64,000 bases of DNA. Source: Armatimonadota bacterium. GTDB lineage: Bacteria > Armatimonadota > Zipacnadia > Zipacnadales > UBA11051. The stretch spans positions 8,548 through 72,547 of the forward strand of contig JABLXH010000009.1 in the NCBI GenBank assembly GCA_013178155.1, written 5' to 3'. The translations under genes and the position numbers were made by a program. Below, in pieces: positions 26,709 to 36,503 of this stretch; position 1 is the stretch's first letter, and each line of letters starts with the position of its first letter. Under the pieces are notes generated by a model. That model had not been told where the DNA came from. It saw only the letters and a program-made list of their open reading frames with translations, and ran no database searches.

Positions 26709-27680
26709 CTACGGATAGAACCGGAAGATATTGCCCACGTCCGGGATGTGGCTCATGACTTCGTCGCTGATCTCGGTCATGCGAGAGAAGACGTCGGCTG
26801 GGATGTCGCCATCCAACGCCGCAGCATTGTCTTGCATCTGCTGGGCGTTGCGAGCGCCGACGAGTTCCGAGGCGACTCCGGGCTGCGCCAGGACCCAGCG
26901 GATGGCCAGGTGAGTCAGGGTGCGCTGACATTCCTCGCTCAGAGCCTTCAGCCTCTCAACGCCCTCGTAGACGTGCGGCCATACCTCGGGGTCGAAGTAG
27001 ACGGTACCCGGGCGGGAGTCGCCCTCCTTGAAGGTTGGCTCCTTGGGAAACTTCCCGGTGAGAATGCCCTGAGCGATGGAGCTGTAGGTCACCACGGCGA
27101 TGTCGTGCTCCACGCAATAGGGGATGACATCGCGCTCCGGGTAGCGCCAGAAGAGGTTGTAGCAGAGCTGGTGGGCATCTATCTTGCCCACCTCCGAGAC
27201 CTGGTCCATCTGCTCCGGGCTGAAGTTGCTGACACCGATGGACAACAGCCGGCCTTTGCTGCGTTCGGCTTCCAGGCCTTCCATCACCGGACGCAGGTCA
27301 GCGCCGGTCTTCGGCCAGTGGATGTAGAAGAGGTCAATGTAGTCGGTCTGCAGCCGCTGACGACTGACTTCAAGCTGGTCGCGAGCGTACTGGGCCGTCT
27401 GTTCACTGGGGAAGAACTTGGTGGCCAGGTAGACTTCATCGCGCCGGCCCTGCAAGAACTCGCCCACGAGCTGCTCCGAGCGCCCGGCGCCATAGCCCTG
27501 CGCCGTGTCGAAGTGGTTGACCCCCAGGTCATAGGCGGCCTGCATCGCGGCACGGGAATCCTCGTCCTCCTGCCCACCCCACTGGCTGCCCCCGAAGGCC
27601 CAGCACCCCAGCCCAAGGGCGCATTGTGGCTTGTCCACCGGCTCGATCTTGATCACAGGCGGCTTGACGACGTATGGCAT
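26709..27680 (-). CDS. Aldo/keto reductase
   Basis: Motifs LGLGCWAFGG, FDTAQGYG, LATK, YIDLFYIHWP, IGVSNF, QLCYNL and LVGARN. Confidence 0.92.
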   Translation of the reverse strand: MPYVVKPPVIKIEPVDKPQCALGLGCWAFGGSQWGGQEDEDSRAAMQAAYDLGVNHFDTAQGYGAGRSEQLVGEFLQGRRDEVYLATKFFPSEQTAQYARDQLEVSRQRLQTDYIDLFYIHWPKTGADLRPVMEGLEAERSKGRLLSIGVSNFSPEQMDQVSEVGKIDAHQLCYNLFWRYPERDVIPYCVEHDIAVVTYSSIAQGILTGKFPKEPTFKEGDSRPGTVYFDPEVWPHVYEGVERLKALSEECQRTLTHLAIRWVLAQPGVASELVGARNAQQMQDNAAALDGDIPADVFSRMTEISDEVMSHIPDVGNIFRFYP

Positions 27681-27709
27681 GGGTATTGCCTCCCTCAGAA
27701 TGCTCCCCG

Positions 27710-27732
27710 GTAGGCGGGGCATCCTGCCCCGC
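27710..27732 (+). repeat. GTAG-type REP element (single copy)
   Basis: GTAG-GCGGGGCA-TCC-TGCCCCGC, flanked by CCCCGG/CCGGGG. Shares the GGCATC..TGCC core with the REPs at 55115-55170. Confidence 0.6.
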
Positions 27733-27747
27733 CCGGGGGTACGCCGT

Positions 27748-29493
27748 CTATCGCTCCGCCCACTCCACCCTCGGCCCCTCACGCAGGCCGTAGGCCTGGC
27801 CCGCGGCGATCTCCTGCCGCAGCAGGCTCGGGTAGGGCAGGTTGCGCAGGCCCGTCCAGGCATCGGGCAGGTTGAACAGGAAGATACCGTCGGCCCCGGC
27901 GTCGTACCACTCCAGTGCACCCGCGGCGATTTGCAGGGGGCTAAGCTGGAAGTACGGCGTCTTGTCGGCCTTGTCCTCCTCGGCAGTCGGGTCGTGTAGG
28001 TCAGGCATCAGCATGTTGCCCGCGAAGTCCATGTAGTTGCTGTAGCGCGGGCAACACCTCGTCTTCGTGCCCCGGCAGACCGCGATGTACTGGGTCGCGT
28101 TCTGCCCCTCGGGCATGAGGCAGTCCACCAGGCCCTCGCGCACCCAACCCTCGGGGTCGAAGCCCTGCTGCTCGGGCGTTCGGCCCTCATACCACGTCCC
28201 ACAGACGAAGGAGGCGTTCAGGGCGAGGGGGCGGCCCCGTTGCTTCCCGATGCGGTCCAGCCCCGCACGCAGGTCGCGTAGCAGGGCGGTCATGTACTCG
28301 GTCTTCTCCTCGCCCGCCTCGAAGTTGTAGCGGCAGCGCGAGAAGTCCATGGTGATACCGTCTATGTCGTAGTTCTCCGCCGTGTAGAGCATCATGTCGC
28401 GGATGAAGCCGCGCACCTCAGGCAGGGCGTAGTTGGCCGACCAGCCCCGGGCCGGGCCGGCCTTCAGAAACCACTCGGGATGGGCGCGGCTCTGGTCGCT
28501 GTGCCCGCCCTCGCTGGTGCGCTCCGAGACGTAGACCTTCACGCCCATCTCGTGGCAGCGGTCCACGAGAAGCTGCAGCACATCCACCTGCCGCTCGCGG
28601 AAGCTGCGGTCCACGCGGTCGTAGCGCGCGTCGCCGAGGCGCCCCGAGAGTTCCATGTACCCCCGGAAGCCAGTGGACATGGGATGCGGGAAGTTGGTGG
28701 CGAAAGTCGTTCCCTGACACCAGTTGAGGGCCTCGACGTTGCCGTACTGCAGCTGCTCCACCTGCTGCAGGATGCAGTCCACATCCTCGGTGCCCCACAT
28801 CCAGACATGGGACATGCCGTCGCGGTCCAGGATGACGGTCTTGCGCGGCAGCGCCCGACGCGCTGCCTCCTGGCGGGCGACCTCGCGCGGGTCGCGCCGC
28901 ACCAGTTTCACATAGGCCACATGGGCGTTGCACAGGCCCCACCAGAGGCTCTGGTAGGTACCGTGGGGCTGGCGGAGCTGCAGGCTCTGGCCGGTCAGGT
29001 CGGCTGTCTTCCAGAAGACCTCCACCAGTCGCTCCACGGTCTCGGCGGGCGGCGGCCACTGCCCCAGGTGCGCCTGCCACGGGTCTATAGTCGCGTAGAC
29101 CTTGTCGCGGGTCAGCTTCACATCCACGCCGCCGCCGTAGTCAGGTCGGTACGTGCCGACCCATAGGTCATACGTGCCGCTGAGGGCCAGCGGGTAGGTC
29201 AGCGCCGGCGCCAGACAGCTCTCGGGTCGCTCCAAGTCTCGCTCTTCCACGCAGAGCATCTGGCCGCGCTCGCCGTTGGCGGTGTAGGGCCGCAGCCACC
29301 ACTTGCCCTTCGTGCTGCTGGAGCTGACGGCCAACCGGGGGAAGCACTGGCGGAAGTCGCTGAGGGTAACCGTATCGCCGACCTTGGGCACCCGGCCCGC
29401 CGCCAGGTCGCGGTCGGTCAGCTCCGCCGCGAAGCAGAGGCCAGGGAGCAGCAAGACGACGAGCGCGGGCAAGGCGCTGCCCAGAAGGTTCAT
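27748..29493 (-). CDS. Secreted glycoside hydrolase-like protein (GHL10/DUF187-type TIM barrel with an N-terminal beta domain)
   Basis: Signal peptide; barrel motifs NYALPEVRGF, YDIDGITMDFSR, WVREGLVDCL and GADGIFLFN. Confidence 0.6.
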   Translation of the reverse strand: MNLLGSALPALVVLLLPGLCFAAELTDRDLAAGRVPKVGDTVTLSDFRQCFPRLAVSSSSTKGKWWLRPYTANGERGQMLCVEERDLERPESCLAPALTYPLALSGTYDLWVGTYRPDYGGGVDVKLTRDKVYATIDPWQAHLGQWPPPAETVERLVEVFWKTADLTGQSLQLRQPHGTYQSLWWGLCNAHVAYVKLVRRDPREVARQEAARRALPRKTVILDRDGMSHVWMWGTEDVDCILQQVEQLQYGNVEALNWCQGTTFATNFPHPMSTGFRGYMELSGRLGDARYDRVDRSFRERQVDVLQLLVDRCHEMGVKVYVSERTSEGGHSDQSRAHPEWFLKAGPARGWSANYALPEVRGFIRDMMLYTAENYDIDGITMDFSRCRYNFEAGEEKTEYMTALLRDLRAGLDRIGKQRGRPLALNASFVCGTWYEGRTPEQQGFDPEGWVREGLVDCLMPEGQNATQYIAVCRGTKTRCCPRYSNYMDFAGNMLMPDLHDPTAEEDKADKTPYFQLSPLQIAAGALEWYDAGADGIFLFNLPDAWTGLRNLPYPSLLRQEIAAGQAYGLREGPRVEWAER

Positions 29494-29557
29494 GCGTACC
29501 TCCGTCGGGTGGCGATAGAGCCTTTCGAGGCGGAGAGAGCCGACTCCTCCGCCTCCT

Positions 29558-32500
29558 TCAGTACCCCTTGACCTCCCACGGCCGGTTGAGCGCCTGGTTC
29601 AGCAGCGCGATCCACTTGCCCTGCTCCGCCCGCTCGCAGGCCAGCAGCAGGCAGGTCATCGTGTCCTCATCGAGGGTCAGGTCGGGCTTGCCGGCGTGCG
29701 TCTCCAGGGTCACCCAGCGCCCGTTCTGCAGATCACCCAGCAGCACCACCGGGTCCTGCAGGTCGCCCATGCGCAGGTCCATGCGTCCGGCGGACAGCGG
29801 CGCGATCAGTGCCGCCCGGGAGTCAGTCAGCGCTGCGCCGTCCAGTGACAGGCACAGGACATGGGCGTCACCGGAGAGCAGGCGCGCACCGTTCGGGTCC
29901 CGCCACTCGGCGGCGCCCAAGGCGACCAGACGACCGCTGGCGTCGGTGACCTCCAGCTGCGCGTAGCGGATGCCGTCGCGTGGTCGGGTGGCGCGGTCGC
30001 AGGTGACGACCACCCGGCCGCCGCCGGTGAGACTCTGTGTCACCCGATCGGGCCGGGGAGCTCCCGGTTCGGCACGTGACACCTCGGGGCCACCAGCGTA
30101 GGCGTACAGACACGGCAGGAGCGGCGCGGCTATCAGGGGCGCGCCCAGTTCCAGCGGGTCCGTACAGTAGACCACTTCGCCCTGCCCGAGTTTGTGGCGC
30201 GTCACCAACGGGAGTCCCCCCGCCGTCTGGGCCTCCACCGTGGCTCCAGCCGCTTTGACCTCGATGCAGGGCTTCAGCTCCAGATGCTTTCCTCCGAGTT
30301 CCACCGCCTCCAGGCCCTGACTGGACCGCGTCGCTGGAGGCTCCAGTTCGCGCACGAACTCCACCCCGCACAGCTCTCGCAGGCGCTCGGTGCGCGTGCG
30401 ACGGCGGTCCCAGTTGAAGGACAGGTCGCCGGTCACCAGCAGCCGCCCACCGGCCCGCACCCACTCGCGCACCTTCTCGTAGGCTGCGTCGTCGGGGCAG
30501 AAGGGCACGGGCCAGATCAGCACCTTCGTGTCGGCACTCAGGGTCTCCAGGTGGTGCTCGTCCAGGACATTGAACTCGGTCTGCAGCCCGATGAGGGCCT
30601 CGATGGCCGCCATGGCCGCCGAGATACCGAGATGCCCCCGAGCGCCCAGGCGGAGGTTGTCGGGCATGAGCAGCGTCACCGGCGGGGCCTCGTACTTGGG
30701 CCGGAAGAAGCGCCAGACCAGGCTCATGTTGCGGTGCCAGTAGGCCACATCCTTGGGCACCCGCCCGTTAGGGTAGAAGACGCCCCACGGGAAGACGTTC
30801 TCGCTGGCGTCGCGCAGGCACCAGTTCTGCACCTTGCTGGCGCCCATGGCCAGGCCGTAGTGAGCCACGGCCATGAACAGCTCCTTCTGCTGCTCCTCGG
30901 TACGCACGATATGGTAGGCCGTGGCTCCATTGGCTCGGGACCACGCGGGGTGCGTCTTGACCCCATACTCCCCCAGGGACAGTGACTTGCCCCGAGACCT
31001 CAGGTCGTTGAGGCGCAGGTGCAGCGGCAGGCCCTGAATATCGGCCTCGGGCTCGCGGAAGTAGCCGATGTTGGCCACATCCATCCCGTCAATGGTCAGG
31101 CGGATGTCCAGGCCGCCGAAGGGCTGCAGGTAGTACTCGGAGGTGATGGGATGGTTGGCGTCCTGGCTGTGGATGGCATCCACGTGGCGCTGCACCCATT
31201 TGCGGGTGATGTCCACCTCAAACCGGGCCACATCGCACGACCGGACGCTGTTCCAGTCAGCCGGGCTCGGCGCCGGGTAGTCCATGGCCCCCCACTCGCC
31301 GTAGACCTCGTCACCCCAGGAAGCCCGCAGGGTCTCGGCGCTGCCGTATTTGGCAGCCAGCCAGTCGTTCCAGAGCTTGCGGAGGGCGGTTTTGTCGTCG
31401 TAGTTCAGGAAGAAGTCGCCATTGATGTAATGCAGCAGACCCGGCACGTTGCGGAAGTGCTCGGCATAGGCTGCGCACTGGGCGGCTTGCTTCTGGAGCA
31501 GCTCTTCGCCGATGGCGACGTTGTGCCCGATGAGATAGCCGGGCATGAACACCAGGCCCTCGCGCTGAGTGGACTGAGCCATCGCCAGGAACTGGCGCCA
31601 GTCAGCTTCCGTGAAGACATAGTCCGGGTTGCTGAACTGCAGGTTCTCATAGAGGTTGAAGCCGTAGTCGCGGGCCGCCACGTGGTCCAGGTGCCAGGTC
31701 CAGGGGTTCTCGCAGCTACTGCGGTAGACGTTGGCGTAGGTGTCGCTGCCAAACAAGAAGATGGGCTGATCGTTGAGCGTCAGGTAGTTGTCGCGGAAAC
31801 CCAGCGTCGGGCCGCGCTTGACAACCTGGGGCCGTTCAACGACGAAGCCGGTGGTCATCTCGTCGTAGGGTTGGCCGTCACGCAGCAGTAGCGCCCGCAC
31901 CTGGTAGAGGTCAGCGCCGAAGCGCTGGGGCTGCCAGGTCACCTCCACCGGTAGGCTGTCGCCCGGCGGTACGGTCACCTCGCGGCGCTCCGCCCAGACC
32001 CGGCGCGGGCTCGCCTGCCCGACGGGCGCGGCCAGGATCTCGAAAGCCACCGTGCAGCCTACCGCGTCGGTACCGTAGTTCTGCACCGTAACCGACGGCT
32101 TGACAGCCTCACCATCGCGGTACAGGGCAAGGTCAGTCTTGAGGTTGCGCAGGAACAGACCCCGCACGATGAACTGTGCTGTGCGCACGAAACCTTCGTC
32201 CAGCCACTGGGAACGGCCGTCGAACAGGTCACGGTTCTCGGCGCCGAAGAAGGCCCACAGCGAGCCCGCGAAGTAACCGTTGTAGTGCATCATCAACGCC
32301 CCAACAGGTCCGCGTTGACGGCCGAAGCGGTCGCGACCCGCCAGCAGTTCCACCCAGCGCGCATTGTCGGAACCCTGCACACCCGCCGCCGCCCAGCCCG
32401 CCAGTTGAGCCTGCAGGCTGCCGCCGGCGTCAAACAGGTACTGCCCCTCCCCCGCCTGGACCCGCGCCACGCGCCGCAACGGGAAGGAGGCATCGAAGGC

Positions 32501-33955
32501 GCCGATCTGCCACTGGGCGACACCCAGCCCGTCGCCTGGGCTCCCGGTGCTGGTGTTCATCACCTGCTGCTTGTATTTGTCAACGCGAGAGAGACGGATG
32601 TCATCGAACCAGGCAGTGCCGGTGGCCTGGTACAGGCCCATCTTGATGTGCAGGCGGGTGGTGTTGACACCCGGCGTGAAATCGTAGGTGAACTGCTGCC
32701 AGTCGGTGGTGCCGCGGACGACAGCGAAGTCCTGCCACTTTCGCAGGGTGCCGTCGCCGTCATACTCGTAGAGCGCCAGGTAGGCAAAGCCACCCCCCAC
32801 GACTTCCTGGGTGCGAACCCAGCCGCTGACCCGGTAGCTGGCGCCTTTGTCCGGGGGCACGTCCAGATACAGGCGATGCTCGCCTTGAGCGCCGGGCGGC
32901 ACGTGGACCTGGGCGCACGCTTTGCCCGCCTTCGGCGCGGTCGTGACGATGGTGACCTGGTCGCCGTCTCGACGCCACTGTCCGTCCAGCACCGTGCCGC
33001 CGACGGGGGGCTCAGTGGTCTGCTCGAACCCACTGTCGGGGAGGACTGAGCTCTCCAGGGCTTCCTGAAGCTGTTTCGCCATCAGCTCGGCCTCGTCGCG
33101 CCACTGACCGTTCTCCGGCAGGAGCAGTTTGCTGAAGGCATAGCCCCCGGTGGAGATGAAGCTGCCGCCCTGGTGGAGGTACTGCAGGCAGCTCTGCCGG
33201 GCCGCCGCCGGGAAGGACTGGCCGTAGGGCAGGACGAGCAGGTGATAGAGGTCCGGGCGCAGCTTCCGCGCGTCAGCCAGGTCGGCCGCCGAGAGATAGG
33301 TCACTCGCAGGCCGGCGCGTTCCAGCAGGCCGCCCAGGCGCTCCGGGTCGGACGCGGCCCCGGCCACCGGCAGCCCCGGCTCGCGAAAGACTGCCACCGC
33401 GCCTTCCGCCGGCCGACCACCAAATACCATCTGGGCCACTTCGTCCATGGTATACGCTCTCTCTCCGGGCACCAACACCCAGTTGTCGAACCAGGCCTTG
33501 CCTGCGGCGTTGTGGATACCGCAGCGCAGGCTGATGGTGACTACCCCTGGGGCGATCGTGAAGGTGTACTCATATCGCTGCCAGTCCTGGGTCTCGAATA
33601 TCTGACCGAAGTCGTGGAAGGCGATGATCTCGCCGCGGTCACCCAGTTGGTAGACGGCCAGGTAGGCGTAGCCAGCCTGCCCGGCCGGCGGCGTTATCCC
33701 CTCGCCACGGGCGTCCGCGGCCACGGTGAAGGCCCCCCGCAGGTTCTCGGCCGGGATGTCCTGCGACGCCTGGGTCATACCATTGATCTCGAGGCAAACA
33801 CCGCCGCGGGCGCTGGGCGGTCGCTGCGAAGGCCCGCTGATCGACCAGCCACCGGGCTTCTCAAAGCCGCCATTGAGCACCAGCGACAGGGGCTTGTCCT
33901 GGGCCCAGCACCACGACGCCACAGCCAGCGCTGCCAGTAGCCATCCGTGTCGCAT
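29558..33955 (-). CDS. Large secreted multi-domain glycoside hydrolase (two CBM4/9-like modules, GATase-like trimerisation domains, GH42/GH5-like barrel)
   Basis: Signal peptide; VLNGGFE and PDSGFE CBM starts; HPITSE, LSLGEYG and GASKVQNW; trimerisation-type KVLIWP segment. Confidence 0.6.
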   Translation of the reverse strand: MRHGWLLAALAVASWCWAQDKPLSLVLNGGFEKPGGWSISGPSQRPPSARGGVCLEINGMTQASQDIPAENLRGAFTVAADARGEGITPPAGQAGYAYLAVYQLGDRGEIIAFHDFGQIFETQDWQRYEYTFTIAPGVVTISLRCGIHNAAGKAWFDNWVLVPGERAYTMDEVAQMVFGGRPAEGAVAVFREPGLPVAGAASDPERLGGLLERAGLRVTYLSAADLADARKLRPDLYHLLVLPYGQSFPAAARQSCLQYLHQGGSFISTGGYAFSKLLLPENGQWRDEAELMAKQLQEALESSVLPDSGFEQTTEPPVGGTVLDGQWRRDGDQVTIVTTAPKAGKACAQVHVPPGAQGEHRLYLDVPPDKGASYRVSGWVRTQEVVGGGFAYLALYEYDGDGTLRKWQDFAVVRGTTDWQQFTYDFTPGVNTTRLHIKMGLYQATGTAWFDDIRLSRVDKYKQQVMNTSTGSPGDGLGVAQWQIGAFDASFPLRRVARVQAGEGQYLFDAGGSLQAQLAGWAAAGVQGSDNARWVELLAGRDRFGRQRGPVGALMMHYNGYFAGSLWAFFGAENRDLFDGRSQWLDEGFVRTAQFIVRGLFLRNLKTDLALYRDGEAVKPSVTVQNYGTDAVGCTVAFEILAAPVGQASPRRVWAERREVTVPPGDSLPVEVTWQPQRFGADLYQVRALLLRDGQPYDEMTTGFVVERPQVVKRGPTLGFRDNYLTLNDQPIFLFGSDTYANVYRSSCENPWTWHLDHVAARDYGFNLYENLQFSNPDYVFTEADWRQFLAMAQSTQREGLVFMPGYLIGHNVAIGEELLQKQAAQCAAYAEHFRNVPGLLHYINGDFFLNYDDKTALRKLWNDWLAAKYGSAETLRASWGDEVYGEWGAMDYPAPSPADWNSVRSCDVARFEVDITRKWVQRHVDAIHSQDANHPITSEYYLQPFGGLDIRLTIDGMDVANIGYFREPEADIQGLPLHLRLNDLRSRGKSLSLGEYGVKTHPAWSRANGATAYHIVRTEEQQKELFMAVAHYGLAMGASKVQNWCLRDASENVFPWGVFYPNGRVPKDVAYWHRNMSLVWRFFRPKYEAPPVTLLMPDNLRLGARGHLGISAAMAAIEALIGLQTEFNVLDEHHLETLSADTKVLIWPVPFCPDDAAYEKVREWVRAGGRLLVTGDLSFNWDRRRTRTERLRELCGVEFVRELEPPATRSSQGLEAVELGGKHLELKPCIEVKAAGATVEAQTAGGLPLVTRHKLGQGEVVYCTDPLELGAPLIAAPLLPCLYAYAGGPEVSRAEPGAPRPDRVTQSLTGGGRVVVTCDRATRPRDGIRYAQLEVTDASGRLVALGAAEWRDPNGARLLSGDAHVLCLSLDGAALTDSRAALIAPLSAGRMDLRMGDLQDPVVLLGDLQNGRWVTLETHAGKPDLTLDEDTMTCLLLACERAEQGKWIALLNQALNRPWEVKGY

Positions 33956-36369
33956 CAGTCCGAAACCTCATGCATGGTAATCGGTGCCGCCCGCAACTCC
34001 GCCCGGTCGAAGCAGGCCGGAGCCCCGTGACCGTTGCGGCGGATGGTCACCCGTAAGCGCTGCCCCTCCGGCACCCTGGGCGGCGCGGTGTATGTCAGAA
34101 CCATCTCCACCCACACACCCAGATGCGGCAGGACCCGCGGTGGAGGCATCTCCACCGCCCCCAGGCGGTATCCCCCGGCGTGCAGCTCCAGGAGACAGTG
34201 CGGCCAGGGCTCGTTGTCGCTGCCCATCGGCTGCCCGGCCCAGACCGAGAGCCGATAGCGCGTGTTGGCGTGCAGCGGCTCCGTCAGTTCCTGCCGAACC
34301 AAGGCTTCGCCTGCCGGATCGGCGGGAGCGTTCAGAACAAGCACGTTCTCGCCGTCGGGGGGATACCAGTTCCACAGTCCGGTCGCCATCGGCCGCCAGG
34401 TCTCCACGCCGCCAGCGGCCTGCCACCCTGGCGCTCCCGCCACTCGCTCCTTTTCCGCCAGTGTGATGGCTTCAAAGCTGTGGTTGGCGATGGCCAGCCG
34501 TTGGCCGGTGCCTGGCGCATCCAGTGGTCCAATGGGCATCGGCTGCCCGTCGGCTGGTGTCAGTAGTTCCGCCACCTTCCGCACGAAGGCCTCGCTGGCT
34601 GGCTGATGGTCCTTGATGGACGCCGAGCCCACCTCGGACGCGATCTCCGGCATTGGCCCTACGGCGAAGACCTGGCGCAGGTCCTCGAGGGACAGCCGCT
34701 TGCCACCAGAAAGCGTGGGGCTGGCGGGATCGCGACTGACGGCGCCTGCCGACTGACTGAGCAGCGGGTCGGCCACACGGCTGTGACCATCCAGACCCCT
34801 TGTAGCATGCCACTCACTCAGCGTCAGGGGCCGGCTGGGCTGGTAACCGTCCTCGCAGACCTGCCAGGTCGCCGGGTCCGCCTCCTCCGCGGCCGTGGGC
34901 CTGCGCCAAAGGACGTTGTGGTCAGACCGGTTGCCGCGGGCAATGTCGGATTCGGGACTGATGGTCAGGAGTGGAGCCTCGCGGCCGATGACCACGTTGT
35001 TGTAGACGCTGTTGTAGCAAGTGACCCGTGCCACCTGACCCTCGATGTTGCCTTCCCAGCCCACCAGGATGCCGCGTTCCCCGGCGGTTACCAGGTTGTT
35101 GGCGACGAGGGTGCGGGAGGAGCCGTTTAGCCCGATGGCAGCGCAGTGCGGCCCGCCCTCGGCCACGTTGTTGATGAAGGCTCCCGTTTCGCCGATCTCG
35201 TAGTAGAGCTGAAACTGGCCGTTGTCATGGGCATAGCAGTGGCTGACCAGGCAATCGCGGTTGTGGCAATCGAACCACAGGCCGGGAGAGGCGTACTGCC
35301 GGGCGAACTCGCACCGGTCGAACCACAGGCGGTTGCCGAAGTGTTTGCCCCCGGCGTGCCAGGAGGCGTTCCACCCAAACAGGTTGTTGTCGGTCAGGCG
35401 GCAGCGACGCACGATTAGCCAGGAGTCAGTATCCATGTCGCCCTGACCCTCGAATCCCCCGCAGCCGTTGCCGTTATGATGAATCCAGCAATCCTCGACT
35501 ACAGTCGTGACACGCTTGCCACCGCGTACGACCATACCCTCGAAGGCGCTGAGAGCCACTTCGCAGTTGCGAACCAGACAGCCCTCGGCAGGGGCGCCCC
35601 CGCCACCAGGCCCGGTCATCACGAACACCACGCCGCCGATCGGCACCACCAGCGGCCCGTACAGGAAACGCAGGCCCTCGACCAGCAGGTAGTTGCCGGA
35701 GGAGTACCAGCAGAACCGCACCGCAGCCTCCATCCGGCGTCGGTTCGGGTCCTCACCGCCGACCAGCCAGACGAGGAGCTTGCGCCGCGCTTCGTCATAG
35801 TAGAAACTGCCGGGCATCATCGCGGCTTGCCCACGGCCAAAACCCAGGAAGTACTGGCAATAGGCCTGCGGAGGCTTGAGCGCCTCGGTCTCGGCAGGGA
35901 TGCTCATGGGGATGAGCGGCACATCATCGGCGCAGATCATCGAAGGGTAGACGCCCTCGAAGAGCCAGTCCGTCTCCCAGACGGGCCGGTCCAGCTCGCT
36001 GGCAGCCCGCTGCCAACCGGTCAGCAGTTCGGAGCCGCGCACGGTGGCCTGCTCGCCGGGCATGGCGCGGATGGCGATCATCCGGTCGGGCCCAAGACCC
36101 GACTTGTCCACCCGCACGTACTCGCGGTAGTCGCCCTCGCGCACCCAGAGGGTGTCGCCGGGCTGGAGGGCGTCCACACCCCGGCCGATGGTGCGAAAGG
36201 GTCGCTCCCACGAGCCGTCATTGGCATCATCGGCGCCCGAAACGTCGGCGGCGGTGAAGTAGTAACGCCCTCCGTCGGGGACAGGAGGGAGCAGGTCGCG
36301 CGGGTCGGATTGGGCCCAGGAGAGCCCGACGGCTGCTGCCAGACTGAGCACGACGGCAAGAATCGGCAC
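33955..36369 (-). CDS. Secreted right-handed beta-helix (pectin-lyase-fold) protein with a C-terminal CBM-like domain
   Basis: NDGSWERPFRTI, PGDTLWVREGDYRE, parallel beta-helix repeats and IANHSFE. GTG start at 36369 with RBS GGAG. Confidence 0.7.
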   Translation of the reverse strand: MPILAVVLSLAAAVGLSWAQSDPRDLLPPVPDGGRYYFTAADVSGADDANDGSWERPFRTIGRGVDALQPGDTLWVREGDYREYVRVDKSGLGPDRMIAIRAMPGEQATVRGSELLTGWQRAASELDRPVWETDWLFEGVYPSMICADDVPLIPMSIPAETEALKPPQAYCQYFLGFGRGQAAMMPGSFYYDEARRKLLVWLVGGEDPNRRRMEAAVRFCWYSSGNYLLVEGLRFLYGPLVVPIGGVVFVMTGPGGGGAPAEGCLVRNCEVALSAFEGMVVRGGKRVTTVVEDCWIHHNGNGCGGFEGQGDMDTDSWLIVRRCRLTDNNLFGWNASWHAGGKHFGNRLWFDRCEFARQYASPGLWFDCHNRDCLVSHCYAHDNGQFQLYYEIGETGAFINNVAEGGPHCAAIGLNGSSRTLVANNLVTAGERGILVGWEGNIEGQVARVTCYNSVYNNVVIGREAPLLTISPESDIARGNRSDHNVLWRRPTAAEEADPATWQVCEDGYQPSRPLTLSEWHATRGLDGHSRVADPLLSQSAGAVSRDPASPTLSGGKRLSLEDLRQVFAVGPMPEIASEVGSASIKDHQPASEAFVRKVAELLTPADGQPMPIGPLDAPGTGQRLAIANHSFEAITLAEKERVAGAPGWQAAGGVETWRPMATGLWNWYPPDGENVLVLNAPADPAGEALVRQELTEPLHANTRYRLSVWAGQPMGSDNEPWPHCLLELHAGGYRLGAVEMPPPRVLPHLGVWVEMVLTYTAPPRVPEGQRLRVTIRRNGHGAPACFDRAELRAAPITMHEVSD

Positions 36370-36503
36370 GGAACACTCCTGCCAGCCGGGAGTCCCCGGG
36401 GGTTCGCTGCTGTATGGCGACGCTCCTTCCGGCTGCTGGCAGCAGGTCTCCCCGATCGCCCGGCGAAGCTGCCTCCACATCGCTGATGTCAGAGGTGTTG
36501 GCC

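Noticed and set aside
36477-36489. Recurring (A/G)CATC...GATGT inverted half-sites (9032-9049, 9173-9186, 36477-36489) as a shared operator
   Set aside because: The spacers differ (6, 4 and 3 nt), which is inconsistent with one dimeric regulator; short matches are probably chance.
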